A stretch of DNA of 27,518 bases. Source: a virus. Lineage: Duplodnaviria > Caudoviricetes. The notes beneath the pieces are model-generated. The model ran no database searches. It was not told the origin of the DNA and saw nothing but the letters and a program-made list of their open reading frames with translations. Shown in pieces: positions 1 through 9,717 of this stretch (within the stretch, counting starts at the first letter, position 1; each line of letters begins with the position of its first letter). Made by a program: the position numbers and the translations under genes. The stretch covers positions 1-27,518 of IMG/VR virus record IMGVR_UViG_3300030095_004360; one strand, given 5' to 3'.

Positions 1-2891
1 GCTTCTTGATCTCTTTGAGCTTGTTCTAAAACTGTTTCAGTATCTGCTTCAACAACTCTATTTAGATAAGCAACCATATCATTATCTAATGCAGTATCTC
101 CTGATGGTTTTGAGAAGTCTCCAGCAAACATAGTCTCAACAACATCTTTAGGTAAGTTTTTATCATCATAAATAGGTTGTGGTATTTGAAAAGATAAATT
201 TAATAGTCTTTCCTGTATTTCTTTTGGGTCTACATTTCTTGGATCAACTCTCGGTAAATCTTGTTCTTGATCTGCAAAGTAATTATATAATCTTGCAAAT
301 GCATCTCTTTTTCTTGTAAGTCCTACTGCTGTAAGTTTTGGATTAATACTTCTACCAGTAAACTTTCTTGTAGTTCCAAACAAACCTTTTTGAACTTCAC
401 CTATAGATTTACCTTTTAATAATTTTAATTGTTCCTCAGGTAGTAATGCATCATTCATATATCTCAAAGCTGTTGGATCTGTAAGCATTAGACCTGCTCT
501 TCTTGCCATCAATAAGAATATTGCAGGTGCAAATGGATTGACAGCAAAAGCTGCACCACCAATAAACATACCACCAGCTACTGATCCAAAAGAACCTAGT
601 GTAAATCTTCTTTGTAAGAATGTAGATGTATCTGATACTGGTATGTCAGATATTGATTTCATGTAATTAGTAAATCCATAAAAATCTTTTGCTCCCTCTT
701 TTCCTAACATCTCAATCATTTTATCTCGACCAAGATCTTCAGTCGCTTTACCAATACCAAGTTTATTCATAAATTTGTTAATGTTAAATTGAGCAAAGTC
801 TTCTGGAGAGAATCTGATGTCTTTTACATCAAATATTCCATTACCTTGTCTAACATCATCAATGCTAAAACCTCTCGCTCGTTCTATTGTGTCAGTTCCT
901 AGTCTTTCCATAGCATCTTGTGCATATTCAGTCCCAGCTTTGACACCTGGAGCTAAATCAATTGTATCTCTGAAAACAGATTTGGCTTGTGGCGCTGTCG
1001 CTGAATCAAAAGAATCTAGAAATGCATTAAACATATATCTAGCTTTAGCTGCTTTAAATAATTGTTTGCCATTCTCTGTTGCGTATTTACCCTCTGCACC
1101 TATTAAAGTTTTAAAACTTTTTAATGCTTCAGGAGAGTTAGATTGAAACACATCTCTTTCCATTGTAGAAAACAATAAATCTCTAGGCATAGCTTCTCTA
1201 CCCACAATTCCAAATGTGCCTTTGTTAGTGAATAATGTTCTATCAAACTTCTGTAATGATCTTGCTGCAGCAGGAGTTGTGTACATGTTTAATACTTTAT
1301 TAAATGTAGCATTAGCATCGTATAACTTATCTCTTAATTTTTCTGCATTTCTTATATTACCTTGTATAAAAGCCTCTGCTCTTTCTGGACTTTGTTTGGC
1401 TAGACCATCAAATGTAGCCTTAATACCTTGGTCTTGTAAAAAAGCACCTTTTGTAAGGTTTGCACCAAAGGCATTAAAATCATTTTCTAATGCTTCTCTT
1501 ATCATAAACATTTGTCTGCCTAATGTTCTATAATCTGTGCCTTGTATTGCGTTATTTAACATTTGTATAACACCTTTATATTGTTTAGGTGTAATCATGT
1601 TAGTTCCAATGGCATCCATTGCATCATAGAATAAATTAATGGGGTCACCTGATTGCTTTAATACTTCGTCTATATTTTTAGATGTAAAAGCTCGTTCAGT
1701 CGAAGGAAATAAATCACCAAAAGAAGATTTTAATTCTTGAGCTTTTGCTACAGTTTTATCCAATTTAATTATTGCAGGATTTCCTACGGTGTCCGCTAGC
1801 CGTTCAAAAGCATCATACTTAGAACCAATAAGATCCATGTTATCGTTAAATACTTTAGCAGCTTGATTGTAAATAGAATGAGATAAAGCTCCTGTTTTCA
1901 TCAATGGTGCGTAAGAAGCTAATTGATCTAAATACATTTTACCTGCTTTTTGTTCTGCACCTTGAAAAGCTTGGTTAGCTATCGGGCCTATGAATGGAAA
2001 TACACCAACAGTTTTAAAGAAACCTTTTCCAACACTTGTTAAAGGACCATCATTCATAGCCTGAATTAATGGAATAGGTAAACCCTTGTCTCGTGCGTAC
2101 TCTGCCAATTCTTTTTGTTTAGCTCCTGTTGTACCAAATAATTTTTTACCTGCTTTACCTAAAGGTCCTGCAATTAATGGTGTAAGTAATGATGCACCTG
2201 TATTCCACATCAATGCTGATTTCATTTCATTTAATGCATTAAGTGTTATGTCTGCATCTACCTCGCCTGGCTTAAGATCTGCAAATTGATCAGATATTTG
2301 AGATGCTATAAATGTTCCTGCTTGCTCATTCAACATATCATATGTAATTGAACCCGCTCCTGCTCCTGCCGTCCCACCTAAAATAGAATATATCTCAGCT
2401 CTACCTAATGGACTTTGTAAAACTTTTGTTGGTACATCTGCAACTCTACCTAATAATTTAAATGCACCGCCTAATAATTTTAATCTACCTGGTAATTTAT
2501 CTGCTACTGCTCCAGCCACCTGTGCCATTTTACCAGGACCTTTTTTCCAAAGATTACCTGATTTAGCTGCACCGTAAATTTGTTCTCTCATTGTTAAGTA
2601 AGGGGCTATAGAGCCTGTTATATCTCCAGCGAATACAGCTGTTGGTCTACCTTTAAAAAAAGAATCTTCTGCAGCTAACGCTGTAGCTATGGGATCTCTT
2701 CTAAACTCTTCTTCTGTAGCTAATTGATTAGCTACTGCCTTTCTTTGTTCAGATAGTTGAGACATTGAAGGACCCGTAAGTTTTTTTCTTCTGATTAACT
2801 CATCAATAATTTTTCTTTGCTTAGGACTAAGTGTATTAGGGTCCAAAGATCTATTATCAAGTTGTTGTTGTAATTGTTCTATTGTTGCCAT
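1..2891 (-). CDS. Large internal virion / DNA ejection protein (partial, runs off left edge; at least 963 codons)
   Basis: Not in ORF track. ATG at 2891-2889 overlaps the upstream TAA (TAATG). It reads MATIEQLQQQLDNRSLDPNTLSPKQRKIIDELIRR..., and I found no stop by eye to the window edge. Helical Gly/Ala-rich composition with a hydrophobic segment (GSVAGGMFIGGAAFAVNPFAPAIFLLMA). Function is inferred from position after other ejection-type genes. Confidence 0.75.
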   Translation of the reverse strand, partial: MATIEQLQQQLDNRSLDPNTLSPKQRKIIDELIRRKKLTGPSMSQLSEQRKAVANQLATEEEFRRDPIATALAAEDSFFKGRPTAVFAGDITGSIAPYLTMREQIYGAAKSGNLWKKGPGKMAQVAGAVADKLPGRLKLLGGAFKLLGRVADVPTKVLQSPLGRAEIYSILGGTAGAGAGSITYDMLNEQAGTFIASQISDQFADLKPGEVDADITLNALNEMKSALMWNTGASLLTPLIAGPLGKAGKKLFGTTGAKQKELAEYARDKGLPIPLIQAMNDGPLTSVGKGFFKTVGVFPFIGPIANQAFQGAEQKAGKMYLDQLASYAPLMKTGALSHSIYNQAAKVFNDNMDLIGSKYDAFERLADTVGNPAIIKLDKTVAKAQELKSSFGDLFPSTERAFTSKNIDEVLKQSGDPINLFYDAMDAIGTNMITPKQYKGVIQMLNNAIQGTDYRTLGRQMFMIREALENDFNAFGANLTKGAFLQDQGIKATFDGLAKQSPERAEAFIQGNIRNAEKLRDKLYDANATFNKVLNMYTTPAAARSLQKFDRTLFTNKGTFGIVGREAMPRDLLFSTMERDVFQSNSPEALKSFKTLIGAEGKYATENGKQLFKAAKARYMFNAFLDSFDSATAPQAKSVFRDTIDLAPGVKAGTEYAQDAMERLGTDTIERARGFSIDDVRQGNGIFDVKDIRFSPEDFAQFNINKFMNKLGIGKATEDLGRDKMIEMLGKEGAKDFYGFTNYMKSISDIPVSDTSTFLQRRFTLGSFGSVAGGMFIGGAAFAVNPFAPAIFLLMARRAGLMLTDPTALRYMNDALLPEEQLKLLKGKSIGEVQKGLFGTTRKFTGRSINPKLTAVGLTRKRDAFARLYNYFADQEQDLPRVDPRNVDPKEIQERLLNLSFQIPQPIYDDKNLPKDVVETMFAGDFSKPSGDTALDNDMVAYLNRVVEADTETVLEQAQRDQE

Positions 2892-5074
2892 TATTTATTA
2901 AACTCCTCTAATAAACCAGCATCATCTAAAGTTTTTATAAATGTATCAGTTACTGTTTGACCTTCTTGCAATCTAAATTGATTTTGAACTCTCATATTTT
3001 GAAGTGTTCTCTCTAGTCCGCCTATTCTTCTATAATCATTTTCGTATCTAATAATATCATCTTGAAGTTGTTTACCAATCGCTCTTATTGATGCTTCAAC
3101 TGAATCAGAACCTCTAGTTAATGTAAATAGGTTTACAAGTTTTTCAGCAGCTGCTACGTCTCTAGCAGTCAATCTATCTTTATCTTTAAACGAGTTAGCT
3201 AAGGCATATACTAATGTTGTTTCTGCAACGGCTAGGGATTCTAAAGTTTCAGCGTCTACTTTTTCTCCTCTATCCTTTGCTGCATCTCTAATTCTATCTT
3301 CTGCATCTTTATAAAGTTTATTAAATTTGGTGCTTTTCAATAATCTATTTTTAGTATCTTCTGGTAAATCAGAGGCTTCTATTTGAGCTCTATATGCATC
3401 TGCAATACCTCTTGCCTCTTCTTTTGAAGAACCAAACGAGAATCCTAAATCAGATAAAGCAGATCCAACACGTGTTTTAAATAAATTTATAACACCACCA
3501 GGACCAACAGATTTAGGAAATTTAGCTATTGTATCTAACACATCATTGGTAATTTTAAATGTTTTATATCTATTAGATAAAGTATCACCAATTTTAATTG
3601 TTTCTTGATCTACTGTTTTCTTATTTAAAAATTGATTTACTTTACCAAAACCAGGAACATTTGCTTGACTAGAAATAGATGCATAAATTTCATTACCTCT
3701 AGGACCTATTTGACCTGTAGCAAATTCAATTGTTCCGTCTTTTGTTTGTCTACCTTTTACATTTATTGTATTACCGTTGTCGTCAATGAATTGTACGACA
3801 CCTAGTTCACCATCAAAAGGTTCTCCAGCTGCAGCTTCATTAAATAATTTCATTTCATCCAGAGCAAACCCTAAATAAGTTTCCATAGATTTATTTTCTA
3901 ATTCATTTTGTTTAAGTTTCATTACAGCATAGTTATTTACTGCTGGACCTAAGGCATTACCTAAAACTTCTAAAGCACCGCCCAAGCCACTTTTTCTTGT
4001 TGTGCCTGCCATAAGACCAGCTGCTAAAGATGATAAGAAAGTTGTTCTTGCAAGATCGCCTTGTGGGTCTTGTCCTAATTCACTTCTTATTTGTTTAGCT
4101 CTTTCAATTAAACTTGTTGTATATAATTTACCACCAATAGGTTTTTCTGTGCCTTTACCTTGTCGAGATTGATTATAAATTTGTTGGGCTTTTTGTAAAG
4201 GTTTTGGTTCTTCCACAGGAGCAGGTGGTTTAGATGAAATATCTTTACCTTCAATACCTACAGGATCACTAAGTCCTCCATCTATACCACTAGGTTGAGT
4301 TACTTGTGTAATTGTTTGAACTGGTACAGTTTCTTTTAAAATTTCACCACGTTTATTTTTTACTACTTTATTTAAATCAGCAACTTTTGTTTTACCAATT
4401 TGTGTTTCGTTTTGTGATTCTTTCAATGCATCAGGTTGTATTATTCCCATTTCTGATCCCTCTGCTTGAGCAAGTTTTTTTCTTTCTTCTTGTGCTTTTT
4501 TGATTGCACCTCTACCTTTTGGTTTAGATGGATCTATTGCACCAAACAAATTTGAAGTGTCTATATTTGCTAATGGTTCACCGCCTAAACCAGTTACCTG
4601 ACCAGCAGTCGTTCCGTATTCTAAATTAGGACTAAAGTTATCTCTTCTTATTTTATCCGCTAATAAACCTAAACCTTTTAAACCTAAGTAACCTGTTCCA
4701 ACAGCTCTTCCAATTGGAGTAACTCCAGCAAAACCAGCTAAAGTATTTATACCTGTAGCAACTGGCCCTGTTACACCAAGTTTATTCATAATGTCACTTG
4801 ATAACTGATATGTTCCTGATGCTCCTATTAAAGGACGTAATCCGAATTGGCTTTTTAAAAATCTACCAGACCTTTGCATTGCAGGTCTAATATTCCTTCC
4901 AAAAAATCCTTGTTGATTTACAGTTAAAGGAAAATTTCTTGCCATCTGACCTGTTGTGTTAATAGTTGGTGCACCTACCATTTGACCTATTCTAGCTTTA
5001 ACAGGTTTCAGTGCACCTTTTCTTAAAGCTTGTTGTCGAAACAATGGTCTGTTTAAAACTTTATCGAGAGACAT
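2891..5074 (-). CDS. Putative internal virion / ejection protein, 727 aa
   Basis: Long ORF with TAATG coupling at both ends. N-terminal VLNRPLFR motif, Gly-rich hydrophobic segments (FLSSLAAGLMAG...GLGGALEVLG) and a helical C-terminus. Lies in the podovirus ejection cluster. Confidence 0.7.
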   Translation of the reverse strand: MSLDKVLNRPLFRQQALRKGALKPVKARIGQMVGAPTINTTGQMARNFPLTVNQQGFFGRNIRPAMQRSGRFLKSQFGLRPLIGASGTYQLSSDIMNKLGVTGPVATGINTLAGFAGVTPIGRAVGTGYLGLKGLGLLADKIRRDNFSPNLEYGTTAGQVTGLGGEPLANIDTSNLFGAIDPSKPKGRGAIKKAQEERKKLAQAEGSEMGIIQPDALKESQNETQIGKTKVADLNKVVKNKRGEILKETVPVQTITQVTQPSGIDGGLSDPVGIEGKDISSKPPAPVEEPKPLQKAQQIYNQSRQGKGTEKPIGGKLYTTSLIERAKQIRSELGQDPQGDLARTTFLSSLAAGLMAGTTRKSGLGGALEVLGNALGPAVNNYAVMKLKQNELENKSMETYLGFALDEMKLFNEAAAGEPFDGELGVVQFIDDNGNTINVKGRQTKDGTIEFATGQIGPRGNEIYASISSQANVPGFGKVNQFLNKKTVDQETIKIGDTLSNRYKTFKITNDVLDTIAKFPKSVGPGGVINLFKTRVGSALSDLGFSFGSSKEEARGIADAYRAQIEASDLPEDTKNRLLKSTKFNKLYKDAEDRIRDAAKDRGEKVDAETLESLAVAETTLVYALANSFKDKDRLTARDVAAAEKLVNLFTLTRGSDSVEASIRAIGKQLQDDIIRYENDYRRIGGLERTLQNMRVQNQFRLQEGQTVTDTFIKTLDDAGLLEEFNK

Positions 5075-5940
5075 TATCTCCCTCCCTGCATACCTTGGAA
5101 TGCTTGAAAGGCACTTATACCAGTTCCAATAGATTGTGCTAATGGACTAGTTTGTGGTGAAGTTGCAGCTGTTACTGTAGATTGAGATTTAGGTCCAGCA
5201 GCATAAATATTAGATAAAAACTCAGCTCTTTGAAAAGGTTCAAAAGATTGTTGTAATGTTGATTGTCTAGCTGCGTCTAATGTAGTTTGTGCCAACTGTC
5301 TTTGTAAACCTCCAGCTTGTAATAATTGATTCAAATCTGCTTGTGCCATTTGTTGTTGGCCTTGACCTATGTTAGCTAGTTGAGAACCTATTTGGCCTTG
5401 CATTTGTTGTTGCTGTTGTGCAGCAGTCAACGCTTGACCAAAACCTTTTTGTTGAGCTAGTCCAACTTGACCTAATCTTGCTCTTTCTAATTCTGCTTGA
5501 GCAACTCCTTCTCTTCCCCCACCAAAAGCTCCTGACAAGACAGCTTGTGCACCTAACCTGTTTTGAGCTTGTGCTGCTTGTCTATTAATTTCATCTACCA
5601 CATATGATTGATAAGGATTTAAAAATTGATTTATGTTTGGTGTTTGTGCTGCAAGTAATTGTCCGATGCCCGATGTTACTGTTGGTTGACCCACTCCTGT
5701 AGTTCCTGCTGCTGTCAATCCTTGTTGCTCTAAAGCACTAAAAGGTGCAACCTGCATAGCAGGTATTGTTACTGGTTTTCCCGCAACACCACGAGCTAAA
5801 TCCATTAATTCTATTTTTCGTTCTTCGATACCTGGAGCTTCTCTAATTACAGATTGAGTAAATTGATTTCCACTTGAAGCTGCTGGGGCAGGTGCATTAC
5901 TACCACCTCCACCAAATATACTTGATACTATAGATCCCAT
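5074..5940 (-). CDS. DNA pilot/ejection protein (P22 gp7/gp20-like role), Gln/Ala/Gly-rich
   Basis: Q/A/G-rich sequence with FLNPYQSYVVD and GAFGGGREGV motifs typical of phage DNA-transfer proteins. Follows a GNAT-like gene as in many podoviruses. Confidence 0.7.
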   Translation of the reverse strand: MGSIVSSIFGGGGSNAPAPAASSGNQFTQSVIREAPGIEERKIELMDLARGVAGKPVTIPAMQVAPFSALEQQGLTAAGTTGVGQPTVTSGIGQLLAAQTPNINQFLNPYQSYVVDEINRQAAQAQNRLGAQAVLSGAFGGGREGVAQAELERARLGQVGLAQQKGFGQALTAAQQQQQMQGQIGSQLANIGQGQQQMAQADLNQLLQAGGLQRQLAQTTLDAARQSTLQQSFEPFQRAEFLSNIYAAGPKSQSTVTAATSPQTSPLAQSIGTGISAFQAFQGMQGGR

Positions 5941-6395
5941 TATAAATCTTTCTCCATTTGTATATGTTTAGCTTTCCAACCCCATTTTTTTGATACTTTG
6001 GACCAACCTGGTCTTACCCAAAAGCTAAGCTTTTTGCATCCGTTTAGTTTAGCAAACTTTGTGACTGTATTCACTATCTTGTCCTCCCATAAATGTCTTT
6101 TTCTCCCCGTACATATTATAGCTTCAAGTTGAGAATAATTAGGTAGAGCTGCAATACGAGTTACAAATAATGCGAAGACTTGATTAAGCTCTTCTTCATC
6201 ACTACCAAAGACAAGAAACATTTGTGCTTCATCTTTTTTTAATAAATCTTTAATATCTTTAGGTTCTGCAAAACCGCCTGAATATTTCAAGGCCTCTGCA
6301 ATCATAAAATCGCATAATGGCCAAAACTTATCTATGTATTTTGGCTCTACTGATAAAACAGATATGTCAGGTTTAATTGGCTTGGGCTTTTGCAT
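5940..6395 (-). CDS. GNAT-fold-like morphogenesis protein (P22 gp14-like position)
   Basis: 151 aa. FAKLNGCKKLSFWVRPGW matches the C-terminal pattern of the acetyltransferase-like proteins found just upstream of podovirus ejection genes. Confidence 0.55.
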   Translation of the reverse strand: MQKPKPIKPDISVLSVEPKYIDKFWPLCDFMIAEALKYSGGFAEPKDIKDLLKKDEAQMFLVFGSDEEELNQVFALFVTRIAALPNYSQLEAIICTGRKRHLWEDKIVNTVTKFAKLNGCKKLSFWVRPGWSKVSKKWGWKAKHIQMEKDL

Positions 6396-7407
6396 TTCTA
6401 CTTCCTTCTAATAAATCAAAAACTCTTTTGTATCGTTTCTGTTGTTCGTAGAAGTATTGTGCACCTTTTTCTCTCATATCTTTCATGCTACTTGGATTTG
6501 CACCAGCTATGATTCCTGCGCCTAATACTCCATCTGCTCTTGTTACAAACTCTCCGTCCGCTAGTTGAGCTAACATTGTATCTTCGTCTTTATCTCCTGT
6601 GCCAGACCCATCTTCGACATAACCTGATGCTCTTACATAATTATTTGCATCGTCTTCACTATGAGATCTTTTACTTGGAAGGTAGTTTATACCACCTTCA
6701 TTAAATTTTTTAATCTCTGCTAAACCTCCCTCTTTTAATCTATTTCTCTCAATTGCATAAGGACCCATTCTAAAGTCACCTTGATTTGCAGGATCAGCTT
6801 CGGGTATGTATGGTTGTTCAAAAGTTTTTTCTGTACCGTCTACTGGGTCAATATATTTAAATCCACCTCTTTGTTTTTGTAATTCTGCTACTGCTAAGTT
6901 ATATGTAGGTGTAAACACATCTTGTGGTTGAGGTTCAAAAGCACCTGAAAGGTATGTTCCAAGACCAATCGCTGTTGCAACTTTACCAGGACTGAATTGC
7001 ATTTCTCCTGTTGGCTTACCATTCACATATCTTTTTTGTCTTAATAATTTATTAAAAATATCTGTGATACCACCTGTTGATTGTCCAGCTTGTTCGTAAT
7101 TTGGATTAGGAACTAAATTTCCAAATTTATCCACGCCTAAATTTTCGGGATTAGCTGCTCCAGGAATTGATGCAAACTGAGGTAAAAAATTTGATATAGG
7201 TGTAAATGATTGTTGGGCTCCAGCGAAACCAGGGAGATTTAAAGCTGAACCTCCACTTAAAACTCCTTTACCACCATAGTAGCCAGCAGCAGCTCCAGTA
7301 GCTCCTGCCAATAATCTTTGAATTCCTGATCCACCAGCGTCTTTGGATCCTTTATAACCTTTGTATCCTCCGTAAGCGGCTAGTGCGTAGGGTAAAAATT
7401 GTAACAT
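6373..7407 (-). CDS. Internal virion protein with GxGxxxxD...L(A/S)DGEFV domain
   Basis: Hydrophobic Gly/Ala N-terminus, tandem LKEGG/FNEGG, then GSGTGDKDEDTMLAQLADGEFVTRADGV, a motif familiar from tape-measure and ejection proteins. Confidence 0.6.
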   Translation of the reverse strand: MLQFLPYALAAYGGYKGYKGSKDAGGSGIQRLLAGATGAAAGYYGGKGVLSGGSALNLPGFAGAQQSFTPISNFLPQFASIPGAANPENLGVDKFGNLVPNPNYEQAGQSTGGITDIFNKLLRQKRYVNGKPTGEMQFSPGKVATAIGLGTYLSGAFEPQPQDVFTPTYNLAVAELQKQRGGFKYIDPVDGTEKTFEQPYIPEADPANQGDFRMGPYAIERNRLKEGGLAEIKKFNEGGINYLPSKRSHSEDDANNYVRASGYVEDGSGTGDKDEDTMLAQLADGEFVTRADGVLGAGIIAGANPSSMKDMREKGAQYFYEQQKRYKRVFDLLEGSRNAKAQAN

Positions 7408-7442
7408 ATATTATGTATTCCTTAAAATTAGCTAATTAGAAA

Positions 7443-7471
7443 ATATTACCATTTTAAGAGGTCTTTGACAA
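7443..7471 (-). promoter_or_regulatory. sigma70-like promoter for the ejection-protein operon
   Basis: TTGTCA (7471-7466), 17-nt spacer ending TGG, TAATAT (7448-7443), giving an extended -10. AAGGA lies upstream of the ATG at 7407. Confidence 0.6.
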
Positions 7472-8284
7472 CTCATCCCAAAAAGAAGATCTATACTGAT
7501 GTTCTCCGACATGAGTTATTTTTTCAGTAACTAACGCATGACATTTACCACCTATATCTCTCCACCTCTTACAGAAAGCAAAATCTTCACCTAAATATTG
7601 CTTTTTTATTGGATCAAAGTCAGTATCAAAAAGATTATAGAAAAAAGGTCTATTGGTAAGTTTACCATTAATGATGGTTTGTTGAATAATTTCTTTCTCA
7701 GGATAAGCTTTTATCATCTTTTCTATTACTTCTCTTTTTATCAACATACATCCAGTTGGCGAATGTGTAACTTCTATAACTCCATTTTTAATAGTGATAT
7801 CTTTCTCGTTTGGTAATTTCATCGGGTATTGGTATAAAGCTTTATATTGTAAGTCATGTTCATTTTTAATTTTGCCACTTTTTATTTTCTCCCAAGCTTT
7901 ATTCCAATTAAGACTCTTTAATGGGTAAGGCACTGAAATGACATCCTTCTGAGCTGCAATCATTTTGAATATAGATTCAGAAGAAAAATCTATATCAGAA
8001 TCAATAAACAATAAATGTGTACTATCTGTTTCCATAAAACTAGATACACATAAGTTTCTACCTTGTGTAACCAAAGAAGATTTCATTACTTGAAAACAAA
8101 CTAACACGCCATTCTTCATGCATTGTTTTTGAAATTCTAGACAAGCTTGAAAATAATGTAAAGACACATCACTATGACAAGGTGTTGCTACAAATATTGA
8201 AAACTTTTTAGGTTTCAACATATGTGTCTTAATAGGTTTTTCTTTTGGTTTATCAAACCAGATAGGTTTACTAGGGTCTTCCAT
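7454..8284 (-). CDS. GT-A fold glycosyltransferase (GT2-like)
   Basis: IFVATP N-terminal strand, SLVTQGRN, THLLFIDSDI (DxD motif), PTGCMLIKR and YLGEDFAFCKRW. Confidence 0.85.
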   Translation of the reverse strand: MEDPSKPIWFDKPKEKPIKTHMLKPKKFSIFVATPCHSDVSLHYFQACLEFQKQCMKNGVLVCFQVMKSSLVTQGRNLCVSSFMETDSTHLLFIDSDIDFSSESIFKMIAAQKDVISVPYPLKSLNWNKAWEKIKSGKIKNEHDLQYKALYQYPMKLPNEKDITIKNGVIEVTHSPTGCMLIKREVIEKMIKAYPEKEIIQQTIINGKLTNRPFFYNLFDTDFDPIKKQYLGEDFAFCKRWRDIGGKCHALVTEKITHVGEHQYRSSFWDELSKTS

Positions 8285-8471
8285 TTACATCCCATTTATT
8301 TATTAATTTTATTTTTTCTTCAGCATCTACTATTACTTGTAATAATTTATCTATTTCGTCTAGATGTTGTGGGTGTTCTCCAATCCCTACTGAATTACTA
8401 AGATATATTTTTATAGTTGTAGAGGCTTCTGCTATTTGTGCTTCATATCTTTTCTTAAGTGCTTTTAACAT
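8271..8471 (-). CDS. Conserved small phage protein (VGIGEH family)
   Basis: 66 aa helical hairpin containing YLSNSVGIGEHP, a motif I recognise from marine phages. Overlaps both neighbours. Confidence 0.7.
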   Translation of the reverse strand: MLKALKKRYEAQIAEASTTIKIYLSNSVGIGEHPQHLDEIDKLLQVIVDAEEKIKLINKWDVNGRP

Positions 8472-9390
8472 TTTGTAGTGCTCCTTGTAAAAAACCAGTC
8501 CAATGACCAGCTATAACTTTCCAATTATAGAAGTGATTGAAAAAGGATTGTTGAAATTGAAGATGATTTTTACAACCATCTGTATTTATTTGACTTGGTA
8601 TTCCATCTATGACTGCTGCAAATTGTTTTGCAAGATTTTTCCAATCTTTATCATAAGGTATATAGATTGGAAACTCTGAACAAGTTTCATAAAGTGCTCC
8701 GTTGTCCGTTGTTGCTACATAGAGACCACAAGCCAGAGCTTCGATTGCAGATATACAAGATGTTTCTTCCCAAGTGTTAGGGTATACAAAAGCATCATAA
8801 GTATGAAGATTATCTAAAATATACTCATGTGGTTTGTATCCAATGTAATTTACATTAGGTAATTTTTTAGCTTGATCATATAAGTCTTTATAAGTTTGAT
8901 CATTTTCTTTTTTAAAATCATCACCATAAACCTGTGTGCTACTATATACGTCTAAAATTATATTAGGATTATTTACTAACTGCATTGCTCCTAATAAAAC
9001 AGACAAACCTCTCCAAGGAGTTGGATGATAGATTAATTTTATTTTATCTCTCCTAGGCTCAAAGTCTCTTTTTACAATATCAGGTATACCATTTTTAATA
9101 ACTGTACAACGGTGTTCAGGTAAAGAAAATGTTTTTCTAAACTGTTCATAGTTCCAATGACTGTTAAAAACATAATAATCATATTGATTAATTTTTTCTT
9201 GATCTTTAAAAAAATCTTGAAAATGTGGTTGATCAGGTGCCATCTTTTGCCAAAGAATATTTATCTTATCTTTAGATAAAGGAACCTTACCTGGTACTGA
9301 TGTGCAGATTTGAAACTTGTCTAATAGGTCTTTAGAAACATATTTTTCTAAAAAACCGTGTTGTAATTCTGTTCCACCTAATGGTTTCAT
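8455..9390 (-). CDS. GT-B fold glycosyltransferase (GT4-like)
   Basis: GGTE N-terminal motif, VFNSHW, VIKNGI, PWRGL and YPNTWEETSCISAIEALACG (EX7E-type motif). Confidence 0.88.
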   Translation of the reverse strand: MKPLGGTELQHGFLEKYVSKDLLDKFQICTSVPGKVPLSKDKINILWQKMAPDQPHFQDFFKDQEKINQYDYYVFNSHWNYEQFRKTFSLPEHRCTVIKNGIPDIVKRDFEPRRDKIKLIYHPTPWRGLSVLLGAMQLVNNPNIILDVYSSTQVYGDDFKKENDQTYKDLYDQAKKLPNVNYIGYKPHEYILDNLHTYDAFVYPNTWEETSCISAIEALACGLYVATTDNGALYETCSEFPIYIPYDKDWKNLAKQFAAVIDGIPSQINTDGCKNHLQFQQSFFNHFYNWKVIAGHWTGFLQGALQNVKST

Positions 9391-9563
9391 TTTTGTGTTT
9401 TACTAAATATTGGTAAATCAGGTACTTGTACTTCTACATCAGTAGCCAAATCTTCTTTTGGATGTTCAGCTAAAAACGCTTTTTCAGTTTCGTATCTTTC
9501 ACCTGTTTTAATGCTTCTGTAGATTGTTTTAGTTTCGCATTTAATTTTTTGTAAAATTGCCAT
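9387..9563 (-). CDS. Small hypothetical protein, 58 aa
   Basis: Not in track. MAILQKIKCETKTIYRSIKTGERYETEKAFLAEHPKEDLATDVEVQVPDLPIFSKTQK*; ATGA overlap with the GT4 gene. Confidence 0.75.
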   Translation of the reverse strand: MAILQKIKCETKTIYRSIKTGERYETEKAFLAEHPKEDLATDVEVQVPDLPIFSKTQK

Positions 9564-9571
9564 ACGAATTT

Positions 9572-9580
9572 AGTATACCA
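9572..9580 (-). promoter_or_regulatory. Extended -10 promoter element upstream of the glycosyltransferase cluster
   Basis: TGGTATACT 8 nt upstream of the ATG at 9563. The -35 is imperfect (TGGACA at 15-nt spacing). Confidence 0.45.
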
Positions 9581-9582
9581 AA

Positions 9583-9717
9583 CTATCGCCCTTGTCCACG
9601 ATATTTCTTACGATGTGATTTTCTTTTGTTTCGTCTTTTAGTGTGTACACCTGGGCGTTTTTTTGGTGTACGCTTATGATAATTATTTACTCCGTATAGT
9701 GGTTTCTTTTTTGCCAT
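9583..9717 (-). CDS. Small highly basic peptide (KKYRGQG family), 44 aa
   Basis: Not in track. MAKKKPLYGVNNYHKRTPKKRPGVHTKRRNKRKSHRKKYRGQGR*; TAATG coupling. The C-terminal KKYRGQG motif recurs in marine phages. Confidence 0.8.
   Translation of the reverse strand: MAKKKPLYGVNNYHKRTPKKRPGVHTKRRNKRKSHRKKYRGQGR

Noticed and set aside
817-2289. Plus-strand ORFs 817-1146, 1216-1533 and 2086-2289
   Set aside because: Antisense shadows of the long minus-strand ORF starting at 2891.
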